Both the position numbers and the translations under genes were made by a program. Shown here one piece after another: positions 52,980-64,000 of a stretch of 64,000 nt of DNA. The notes beneath the pieces were generated by a model. That model did no database searches and was not told the DNA's origin. It saw only the letters and a program-made list of their open reading frames with translations. This stretch comes from Octopus sinensis (Eukaryota): positions 95,604,001 to 95,668,000 of the forward strand of contig NC_043000.1 in the NCBI RefSeq assembly GCF_006345805.1, written 5' to 3'. The first letter of the stretch is position 1. Every line of letters starts with the position of its first letter.

Positions 52980-55335
52980 GTAAGGCACTTAGGATTATAA
53001 CAACAGGCCCATAGTATTGTTGCGTTAGTTTTGTTAAGGGGAGTATTGTGGATGGACTGTTGATGCGGTTCATGTTTTCCCTCTTATCTTTACTTTTATT
53101 CAGTGTATATTTTGGTAAATTTTGATTTACCTATATTTTTTGGCACGTATTCGTTTAAGTTATTATTACGCATTTGTTTGGGAAAGAGGGTTGCCTTTTT
53201 TTTTTTGCCTTTTTAAAAATGGTCTTTTTATCCATGTAAGGAATATCATATATATATATATAAGTATACATGCATATGTATATACGTATATATTTATGTA
53301 TATACATAAATTATGTATGTATATTCATATATATTTACGTACATGCATACAATATGTTTGTATATATACACATACATATGTACAAACGTATATGTATGTA
53401 AATCAAAACAGTTTTTACGGAATCTCTATCCACTAGTGTTTTATAAATGTGTGTTTATATAAGTATATATACATATATATATATAAATTGTATGGGCAAA
53501 GAAACGCGAATATCTAATAATTAACTTGTAATAAATAATTAATTATTTCCAAATAGTGTGGTTTCACTTTCTTGAGAATGAAAATACAAAACGTAATTGC
53601 AAATGCAAACAATATGATTTTGTTTTCTTATAACTTCCAGAAAAAAGGATATTTTATAATGAAATTTTGTATAAATACGCTTTGGATGGTGTAGATTCCA
53701 ATTATATAGAAATTTGTTATGAAAGAAAAAAAATTTTTTTCTGCGTGTGAGAAGAGGAGTTTCGGAAAATTCACACGACTTGCCTTTGTTGCCTCCTAAC
53801 TTTGAGGAAAATGGATATTTTTTAATGAAATTTTCAACAAATACTTTTCAGGGTGTGTAAATTATAATTATAACAGAATTTGACGTGAGAAGAAAAACAC
53901 TGAGCACACACACAGATACATACTGACATAATTTGTAAAGCTATGTGACAGGTGTCAGTATATATGTGTATGAGCCCACCAGTTCTGGGGGTTTTTTTGG
54001 TTTTCCCAACAAATTCCGATAGTCAGAATTTACACTATTTGAGGCGTATTTGTAGAAAATTTCACTAAAAAATATCCATTTACGAGGAAAAAAGTGGAGC
54101 GGGTCACACAAGTGTAATATATGTATATAGGCTGTTATGCAGATAAACAATTAAACATAACAGCTTGGGTTTGATATACAAAATAAGCTTCCATATCTAC
54201 TCCTTGATTCCTCTTATAGCCATTCTTTACCCCGCGGATTTAGTCCCTCGTAAAGACATTGGTGTCCAAGTTTGAATCAATTGAGCGCTACTAAGTATTT
54301 TCTATACCGAGAATCTCTGGATCTCATCCGTTGACTATACACACACAGACACACACACTTTGTATATGTTCGTAAATACACACCTGTTAAGCGCACACCC
54401 GTATTTTCTTGTAACCCTAATCAAGTTATACGAGTAATTCTAAAAGTTTGTAGTATATACTTTTTTTGGTTGGTGGAAGTGAAGATTCTTAATGTTTGAT
54501 GTTCAAAATAAGAAATTTAAAATTTTAAGGCCCTTTTTTTTATCCTTAAAAATTATATTACATCTTTCGTGAAGAAGGGATTTAACAATCCATGCTTTAA
54601 TGAAAAAATACAAATACTCTCTTTCTCTCTCACACGTCCGCGCGCGCGCAGACACACACACACACATACATGTAGAGGCGTTGCTGTATAGTTGAGAAGC
54701 TTGCTTCCCAACCATGTGATCTCGGGTTCAATCCCATTGCACTGCTATTCAGATAATTATCTTCTACTATTGCTCTGGGGCTGACAAAAGCTTTGTGAGT
54801 GTCTTGCGTCTCATCTTGACTGCATGTGCTCTTTGTAATATGATTGTGACTGCCATACAAGCAATGTCACTTATTTCCAATATTCTGCGAGAACATGCCA
54901 GGCCATGGGAAAATATTACCTTGCTCGGAAAAAGGCAAGGGCTGGCATTAGGATGGGATTCTGGCCATAGAAAATTGGAAAACGTGAGTTTTGGGGGAGA
55001 AAAAAAACTTTTTAAAAAAATAACACTTTGCGAGAAAATGGGGTGGAGGATGAAATCTTTCCGGTTGCCTCGATGTCTCTGCGACGGGATAGTCATCCAA
55101 CTTAATGGTGATCGACAACCAAACCTAGGGGAAGCGTTTGTTAGCTGACATCATCCGTAGATGGTTTGGAAAGACTTTCGCCCCTCCCCCATTTTCTCCC
55201 AGATTTGTTTATTTTTGTAATTTTTTTTCCCCAAAAAAATCCCCGATTTCGGATACGAAAGCTCCGAAAAATTGCCAAAATTGGCATTGTGAAATCCCCC
55301 CCCCCCCAATTTCTTCAATTTTGACTTTTTTCCCC

Positions 55336-55393
55336 AACCCTAACACCCTAACCCTAATCCTAAAACCTTAACTCTAACCCTAACCCTAACCCT
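55336..55393. repeat. Degenerate interstitial telomere-like (CCCTAA)n
   Basis: AACCCTAACACCCTAACCCTAATCCTAAAACCTTAACTCTAACCCTAACCCTAACCC. Confidence 0.8.
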
Positions 55394-55856
55394 GTAACCG
55401 TATGTACAGAAATGTTTTGAAATTTTTGTCCAAATCATGATGTCCGTATTTTCCTGCATATTTAGAAAAAAAAAAAATTCTTAAAAATAATTTTACAAAG
55501 ATTTTTGGAAATTTTTTTCAGAATTATAATCTCCGGATTTTTCCGCATATTTTGAAGAAAGAAAATTGCGAAAAAAGTTTAAATTGAAGGAAATGGGGTG
55601 GTGGTAATTTAGAAATGTCGATTTTCACTAATTTTTTGGCAGATTCGTATTCCCCATAGCCCAAAAGGGGTGTTGTGTGAGAAAAAAAAAAAATTTTAAG
55701 AGTGGTTTTTGGGGTGGGGGTGGGCGGAAGTCTTGCCGATGGGTTAATTTCTAAGAAATTAAGCTTATTGGATTTCAACTGGACTATTTATTATTGCTGC
55801 CGGGAGCTGGCTCGCCAATCATCGAAAAGTCTATTGGTCGTAAGTCAACGATGACC

Positions 55857-55893
<37 letters not shown>

Positions 55894-56909
55894 CCATCCA
55901 ACAGCGTTCTTTCTGTTTCCGTTTACCAAATCCTCTCACAAATCTTTGGTCAGCTCGAGGGTAGAGTAGAAGACACCTGCCCTAGGCGCCACGCAGTGCT
56001 AATGAACCTGGAAACATGTAACTGGGAAGCAAACTTCTCGCCACACAGCCATTCCTGAGAACAAGAAGTAAGCGTAGTATAGATATTCATAGAGTAATGC
56101 TCAGATAGATGAGAACTTAAAATCCAACGCTTCGAGTGCTGGTACCTCTGGTGTTTCTGAAAGTTAGTTATAAGAACGATCCATGTTGAGCTGGTATGGA
56201 ACTGTCCACCTTTCAGTTGATAAACACAAATAACCTTAATACTTATATTTACATGAAATACAAAATATAGAGTACGGAATAATGTAAGGAAAAGGAGTTA
56301 TGTGATGGTGTTATCTTATTACATAACTATCACTTTATCCTTTTGTTTACTTTATTTTTTATTCTGTACTCTTCATTTTTGTATTACATGTAAATATTTA
56401 CATCAAGCGTATTTGTGTTTATCTGCCTTTCTAATTGTGTGTGTGTGCTTGCATGCTGTATACCTTTGTCTTGACATTACGCGATGGTTGCCAACGAGCA
56501 TCACCGTCAATCAAGCAATATTGCCCATTTCTTGTCTTCCATGGAAAGTATGTCTGGCCATGGGAAAATTAAACCATGCTTGGAAACAGGTGAGAGCTGG
56601 TGACAAGGAAGGCTCCGGCTGTAGAAAAATCTGCCTCTATCTTTCTAATTGTGTGTGTGTATCTTTGTCTTGAGATCACACAATGGTTGTAAACATGTAT
56701 CACTGTCATGCAAGCAATGTTGCCCATTTCCAGTCTTCCATGTACAACATATCTGGCAATGGAAAAATATTGCTTCACTTGGAAATGGGTAAGGATTGGT
56801 GGCAGGAAAGCTTCACAAATGCCATCTGACTCATGCAAGCATGGAAAAGTAGACAGTAAAAGGATGATTATGATCTGTACAAATAGACATACATATTGAT
56901 CCATACAGA

Positions 56910-59596
56910 TATAGCTTTGTTAAGCTATACACAAACTAGTAGAGACAAGAATATATTTACCAAAGGTTTATCACTTCATGTACATTAGGGCTTAAGTCGC
57001 CAGTTATTTCTGTTTTGTTAATTCAGATACATTTAACGCTCACTGCTAACAGCAAAATAGTGAAAGTGGCGGACACCTAGATGGACAGCCAGTAGTTCCC
57101 TGTCAAAAGCACTGTATTTCTCTTCAGGGGGTCGTAGGTGTCAACTGAAGAAGGCGAGCAGTCGCCACTGACTGTTGATGTGTTATTCCAAAATGCTCCC
57201 AATGGCTGTGTCAGATGCGTCAACTGTGAGTACAGTCCAAGCTGACATATGAGAATGGGACAGCATGGTTGCTTGAGCCAGGGTTTGTTTTGTGGATTCG
57301 AAGACTGAAGTCATTGTACTGTCCCACTCCACCTGTTTTTTTGAACCCTCTTTTGACAGTGCCTTGTATAGGGGTCTCGTCACTCTTGCTGCAGAAGGGA
57401 TGAAGTGATGGTAAAAGTTTACCGTGCCCATGAATTGATGTGGAGCCTTGCTTGTGGTGTGGCATGGAAAGGATAGGATAGCTTTCACTTTTTCTGGCTA
57501 TGGATGTAGCATTTGTGATTCAATGTCCCATGAAGTTGATTTCTGTCATACCAAAAATGCACTTGGTGGGATTGATTACTAGACCATACTGTTCCAATCT
57601 ATCAAAAAGAGTCACTAGGTGCTTACATAGCTCTGCATTTTGGCTTGCAATAAGGATATCATCTAAGTATGCAAAGACAAAATCGAGACCGTTGCAAACA
57701 GTGACCATCAAGCGCTGGAAGGATTGTGCTGCATTTTTCAACCCAAAGGTTGTACTTAGGATTTCATAAAGACTGAAAGGAGTGATCACAGCGATTGCAA
57801 GTTTGTCCGGTGATAGACGACGTGCGTGGCTGTAGACTAGTGGGGGGCAATGGTGGAGATGTGGTGTGTCACCCTGTAGTGGGCTGTATGTTTGGAGAAT
57901 GTTGGAATGGTGAGATTGAGGTGATTTACAAGAAGATTTGAGAATTCCTTCTTGTACTGGTATTTGATAGTATCCTCAGATGAGGTCAACCTTCAAGAAA
58001 ACTGAGCACCCAGCTAGCTGGGCTGAGAAATCCTGTATGTGTAAAATGGGGTAGTGCTCAGGTGTCATATCTGCGTTGAGACAGCAGTAATCTCCACAGG
58101 GTCAATAACATCTATTGGATTGGGGCGGGGGGCACATGCAGGGGTGACAACCAGGGACTGCTTGATTGGTAAACTATGCCCAATGCCTCCATATTGTTAA
58201 ACTCAGCCTTTGTGACTGCAAGTTTGTCTGGTGATAGACGATGTGCGTGGATGTACACTGGGGGGGGGAAGTGGTGGAGATGTGGTGTGTCACCCCATGG
58301 TGGGCTGTAGGTTTGGAGAATGTCGGAATGGTGAGATTGGGGTGACTTACAAGAAGATTTGAGAATTCGTTCTTGGTTTGCGAGACAGTTGCTATGCGGG
58401 GAGGGAGGGGGCATGTGCAGATGTTTCAAGAGACATAAAAGTATAAGTGTTGTTGTGTTGTTGAGGAGTCATCTTCCCCTCAGATCAACCAGTAGCAAGT
58501 GTGCTCAAAGAAAGTCTGCACTGATTATGGACATTGGCGATGGTGAATGCCCGTGTATATTTTTGTGAGCTGATGTTGAGAGAAAGGGTGCAGCGACTGT
58601 ACACCTCAATTCATTGGTGGTTGTTAAAGTTTTACTCAATTCATTGGTGGTTGTTAAAGTTTTACTCTACTTTCCATGACAGAGGTCCCTTGCCGACGCT
58701 GGGATCACACTGACTTCTGCTCCTGTGTCTGGAGCTCCGAGCGTAGACATAGAGGAGCATTTGATCATGTCTGCTGGCAACCAGCCGGCCCTGGTGAAAG
58801 GGTCATAAAGCTACATGGTTGTTTGCACTTTGTAGTCTTTTTCGCAAACTTTGAATGGTAGAAGCACAAGTCATCTTGCTTAACCCTACTCTGTCTTGGG
58901 GCCAACCCTATGGTGTTGACCATAACACCACTGGACAAAAAGTGTCTGTCAACTGCCTTCACTAATTGCCACAGATCCTTGATTTCGGTTTGAGTTATCC
59001 AGGGCCTGGACCTGGGGTGGCAGCTTGCAGAGGAATATTTCCCTAAACAAAAAGGAAGGTGACTCACCAGAGAGGACTAATGTCAATATCTTGTCCATCA
59101 GTTCTTAAGGCTTAGAATCGCCTAATTCCTCCTCCAGTATCTTGGCTGCTGCTTCTCGTTCACTTCATTGGAATGTATCCACTAGCCTGGTTTTCAATAT
59201 GGCACATTTGTGCTTTATTCGGGGTTGGAGTAAAATGTCCAGCACCCTCGTTGCTGTATCTTCATCTTGTACTGCTACAATGTATGAGTATATCGTTTGG
59301 TCAGCCATTACCTTGTCTATATTGAATTGGGCTTCTGCCTGTGCGAACCATAGTTCAGCTCTCTGAAGCCAGAATTGTGGTAGCCTCAGAGTTGTTTTGT
59401 TGCTTGCCATGTTTGTTTCGATAGCGAGAGCTGTTGTTCTATCATCGGAGTCACCAGTTATAGCTTTGTTAAGCTATACACAAATAAACTAGTGGAGATG
59501 AGAATATGTATATCAAAGGTTTATTACTTTATGTACATCAGTCGCCAGTTATTTCTGTTTAGTTAATTCAGATTCATTTAATGCTCACTGCTAATA
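56910..59596 (-). mobile_element. Internally deleted Ty3/Gypsy LTR retrotransposon, CsRn1-like
   Basis: LTRs 56910-57051 and 59459-59596; PBS TGGTGACTCCGA (tRNA-Trp-like) at 59445-59456; gag LPQFW..LWFAQAEAQF and CHCC motif CFYHSKFAKKTTKCKQPC; RT FGLKNAAQSFQR..YLDDIL; RNase H KYSAFDRELLA..RHF fused directly to the 3' LTR. Confidence 0.9.
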
Positions 59597-60842
59597 TTGT
59601 TTTGTTTACTTTCTCCAATCGGAAGTCCCTTTTGCTGGTGACCAACTCCCCTAGCTAACCCACAGTTCCTATCTACAGTTCATCTTTCATGAATCCTGCC
59701 CTACATAGGCATCCAAATACGTATATATTTTATATATTCATATATGCATACATACATGCACACAAGTGCACAGCTTAGACGGGGAATTGATTGTGACCCT
59801 TTCAAGAGCCTCCATAACTAGTAGGGGGAAGGAAGAAAGTTATCCTCAGATCAAGATATGACCTGAATGCTTGCAGCAGAATGGACCCTGTTAAACTAAG
59901 CTATAGATTTAGACTAACATCTAAGATGTGTTTACGAGAGAGTATGTTGTTTCTGAGTGAGTGTACAGATGCATATCCAAGATAGTCATCAGTGTTATCA
60001 TCATCCTAATTATCATAGCATCCACATTTCTGTGCTTGTATGGGTCAGACAGAATTTGTTGAAGCAGATTTTCTATGGTCAGACACCCTTCCTGTCACCA
60101 ACTTTCACCCGTCTTCAAATAGGGTAACATTTTTCCCCTTGGCTAGACGTGGTTTTACCTGAAGACTAGAAACAAATGACCCCACTTCTAAATCACTTCT
60201 TTACAACTATCATGTGATGTCAAGGTAAGGTGACATATACAAATACCTACACACAAACAAGTTAATGGATCTACAAAATACAATTTATGTATAGCAGAAA
60301 GATCTCATATTCATCTTAGCTTAGATCCAAGAGTTTCAACACACTACCTAATTCCAGATTTGAAATTTTTGGCAGGTGTAATCACATGAACAGGTTTCTT
60401 TCTATTGAGATATAGGATACCACCTGCTCTGGATTGAGTTGCTGTTTTGCAGATTTTGACCTATTTTCTGTTCTTTTGTTTTATACCTGCTGCATTAATT
60501 GTGATTTCTGCAATGAGGGAGGATGGAGATCTTGGTTTTCTTGCTTTGATTTCTTTCTTTTCATTCCATTTTTTGCATCAACCTTTGCATTTTTCTTCTT
60601 GATTTTTTTTCTTATTTTCTCACTGTCCAGCACCCTTTTTTGCAATATATATATATATATAATGGATAGAACCTGAAAAGTTGCTTGGAGATACATGGTA
60701 TATTTTATAAGTATGTCTAGTTAAAGTATCATAAAAGCATAAAACTATTAGTAGCTCTTTTGATGTGTGTGTGTGTAAGAGTCCATAAGTCAGGAAAAAA
60801 TGCACTATATTTGTCAGTAAAGCGGATATATTAATCAAAGTC

Positions 60843-61046
60843 TACTGTATTATATATCCATTACAGCCAATCTTACCAATTGATTTTGTGCTAGGGATTC
60901 AACGGAGTGTTAGGTAACAGTCTTATTATGTAACACCCCGATTATGAGTGCAAGATTACATAATCAGACTGTTACCTAACACTCCATTGAATCCCTAGCA
61001 CAAAAGCAATTGGTAAGATTGGCTGTAACGGATGTATAATACTGTA
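60843..61046. repeat. ~200-bp fold-back element (about 91-bp arms, 22-nt spacer)
   Basis: Arms 60843-60933 and 60956-61046 are reverse complements with a handful of mismatches. Confidence 0.9.
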
Positions 61047-61064
61047 CACTTCAATTAATATATA

Positions 61065-61895
61065 TATGATATGGTGCACACAACTGAAACAGTATTAAGC
61101 TAACCCTAAAGTAAGGTCTCCAAAGCACTGGAGACGCAGGGAAACTGTGCATGCAGCTATTGGCAACACTGTTGTGTTTGTTATGCATGTGCCTGCCCCT
61201 GTGCATTCATTGCTGCCACGCTCAGTCTTGGCTTGGCAGTCATATCTGATGGAGCTCCTGATTGATGCTACTGTCAAGTGTGACGTTTGCACAGTTATTC
61301 GGTATTTGAATGCAAAAGGCATTAAACTGATTGAAACTCAATCACCAGTTAACGGAAGGATGTCAAAAACGTCTGCAAGTGGTGTAGGGAGTTTGCAGCT
61401 GGTCGTACTGAAATTCATGACAAAGAAAGAAGCAGGCGACCATCAATTTCTGACAAGACTGTTGCAAAGGTTGAGAAAATCCTGCATGAAAATTGGCAGA
61501 TCACTCTGGATGATCTCCGCATTTTGGTTCCTGAGGTTCCTTGAAGCACCATTCATACGGTTTTGAGTGAAAGTTGCAATATCAGAAGGTGTACACAAGA
61601 TGGGTCCCACAAATGCTGACAGAAGACTATAAACAGCAACCCACCTTATAGTCCAGACTTGGCACCCAATGACTACCACCTGTTCCCTAAGCTGAAAGAA
61701 CATTTCGCCGGAACAAGCTTCAGCAATGATGATGTGAAAGATGAGCTTCAGTACTTCCTCAATGACATGGCGGTGAGCTTGTATGACATGGGTATACAAA
61801 AACTGCCCCAGCGCCTACAAAAATGCTTTGACCGAAATGGCGGTTATGTAGAAAAATAGATAAATGTTCAAACATCAAAAGTAAAGGGGAGTTAC
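61065..61895 (+). mobile_element. Internally deleted mariner transposon
   Basis: VCTVIRYLNAKG.. N-terminus joined to YSPDLAPNDYHLFPKLKEHFAG..DRNGGYVEK C-terminus. Confidence 0.8.
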
Positions 61896-62835
61896 ACATT
61901 TTACTCTTCTTTTTAAGCATGTCTTCTCAAAAATCTTTTTTTTTACATATTTATTTTTCTGCGCTTGACATATGAGCGTAATCTGTAAAAACAAAAAGCA
62001 AAAAAAAAAAAAGCAGACAAAAACAAGAAATGCCAAAAATTGACTTATAAACTCGACTGTGGCTGTTTTTGAAATTATGTTTTGGACGAATTTATTCGTC
62101 ACACTCTGAAAAAGACAAATTGGGTGAAGACGAGTGAACTCGTCTTTGCTGGGTAAGGGGTTAAATACTGCAGCTGAAATGTGTTTAAACGAAACACATA
62201 CATTAAGTATGAGACAACAATAATATTTATATTATTAGAGCTGCTTCCAATTCAAAATTCAATGTTGTTTTACTTGTGTGGTGCTGTTGCACATCAGTAG
62301 ATAGATTTTATGCTATCTGTATATACCTCAGGCCAGCAATTTGAATTCATTTCAAGGGTGACTCAAGTATATGGTGCTGATGAGCTGAAATAACAGCAAA
62401 ATATCAATTCCCTATTCTCTTTCACCAAAGGGTGTTTGTTTTGTCTGGTTTTGAAGTATACAGTGTTTTTTACACTTAACATCTTAAAAGTGGGGTGGCT
62501 TTCCCTGGACAAAATACTTCAGCTGAGAAGTATTTAACCAAAACACATACGTTAAGTATGTGACATCAATAATGTTTATATGTATGTATGTATGTATTTA
62601 TCTGGTGCAGTTTAAACCTTAAATAGAGCTCCAAGTGTATTCTCATTTGTGCTATTGTATTCTTATTCTTTGCTATGTATCTTGGGTTAGATTACTTTAT
62701 GGAGTACATGTAGAAAATATAACAAAGCATGAGAGATTGCATATAAGATTTAGTAACTTAATATCCTATAAAAAAATTTCTCATTTTTGTTTTATTTTAC
62801 ATACACACACACACTCGCATGTAAATAGAAATAAA

Positions 62836-63960
62836 TAGACACCCTTATAATCGTTAAACTTTATTTAAATCTGGAATTATACATTCAAATTATTTATTAA
62901 TTATTATAATCTGAATTCTAATATTTAGTAGACATACCCTTTTCATTTTTCAATGCAAGGACCCTATTAGGCATGCTACTGATCTGATGATGCATATTCT
63001 CTTGAGGAATTTCTTGCCAAGTTTTATGCAGTAATCTCAAAAGATCTGGCTTTGAAGATGCTTTCTTGTTCTTTTTATGAAGTGCCCTGTCTATCTCCTA
63101 GAGATGTTCAGTAGGGTTCATATCTAGTAACTAGCTTGGCCGTGGAAGCTATTTAATGTCATTCTCATCCAACAAATATTGGGTCGTTTTAGCTATGTGA
63201 CAAGGAGCCCCATCTTCCATAAATAAAGAGTCTTTAATCATTTCACCACTGAAGAAGATTGGAAGGAGTCCTTTCTGCAATATAGACACATATTTATCTG
63301 AGTTTATATTTCTCTAACACTCCATCAGCTCTGATCAACCATTGCTCCCCAGAATAGCTGCCATATTTAATTGTTGGCTTCGATCTTTTTATGTCAAATT
63401 CTGGATCACAGTCTCCAGACCCACACTCGACCATTGTTAGAAAGTACAGCAAATCCGGATTCATCAGAGAATATGACAGTGTCCCAAAATGCTAGTGACC
63501 TTTCCACCATCTCACTGGCCCAATCATTTCCCCTCTTGATATTGGCTGGTCGAAGAAGAGGCTTCTTTGTTGCTGCTCTGCCATAGTAGCCAAGTTTGTG
63601 GCAATACCTGACAGCTGTTCTGGGACTGACATCAACTTGTTCTGCTATGTCAGAGACCTTACAACAAAAATTATCCCCCACATTTCTCTTAACAAAGCAA
63701 ATGGTCCTGTCAGAGGGTCCTGGTCAACCTGGGTGAGGTGATGTGGACTCCTTCCCCTCTCTGGTGAATTGCAAAATCACTCTATTAACTGTAGAAAGCA
63801 GGATCCCAAGGTTTTCTGCAGTTTTACACTAAGTCCACCTTCGGATTAACCTACAATATGGCTTCTTTGAAATTCAGACAGTTCCAAGGTTTTTTTTTTG
63901 TACATAGCATTATCAAATAGTCACCTATAGAACCTGAAACATAAAGATATCAATTAATAA
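62836..63960 (-). mobile_element. Degenerate Tc1 (DD34E-type) transposon
   Basis: LGYYGRAATKKPLL..WDTVIFSDESGF..GRVWVWR, MEDGAPCH, DMNPTEHL, SSMPNRV. Confidence 0.85.
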
Positions 63961-64000
63961 AAGATATAAACCATTTCAATTTAAAATAAGCATGGAACAA

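Noticed and set aside
52980-64000. DNAJC12 exon 2 (expected HPD motif)
   Set aside because: No CHPDK-like exon was seen by eye; it probably lies beyond the window.

Overview
Repeat-rich eukaryotic genomic DNA, almost certainly from an octopus: it has dense microsatellites and Octopus-type tRNA-headed and RTE-tailed SINE families, plus a 100-N assembly gap at 39570-39669. Two divergently transcribed genes bracket the window. On the minus strand is a 949-nt low-complexity first coding exon (5098-6046) with a candidate 65-nt second exon (347-411); I infer this is SIRT1 from its KRPR motif and its neighbour, not from a catalytic domain. On the plus strand is a clearly recognisable DNAJC12 first coding exon (52902-52979). 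The same head-to-head SIRT1/DNAJC12 pair exists in vertebrates. The ~47 kb between them is a transposon graveyard: mariner/Tc1, Helitron, RTE, CR1-like, R4-like, a CRE-like RLE element and Penelope-like fragments. A CsRn1-type Gypsy with both LTRs and further mariner/Tc1 remnants lie in DNAJC12 intron 1. The most striking structure is a ~10.7 kb fold-back composite (30697-41444) flanked by (TA)n. It contains two hammerhead ribozyme families in inverted pairs, near-perfect 280-420 bp palindromes, a ~1.4 kb tandem array and Penelope RT/endonuclease remnants. Two further decayed hammerheads lie at 49.4 kb and 51.4 kb. All calls are by eye; no database searches were run.
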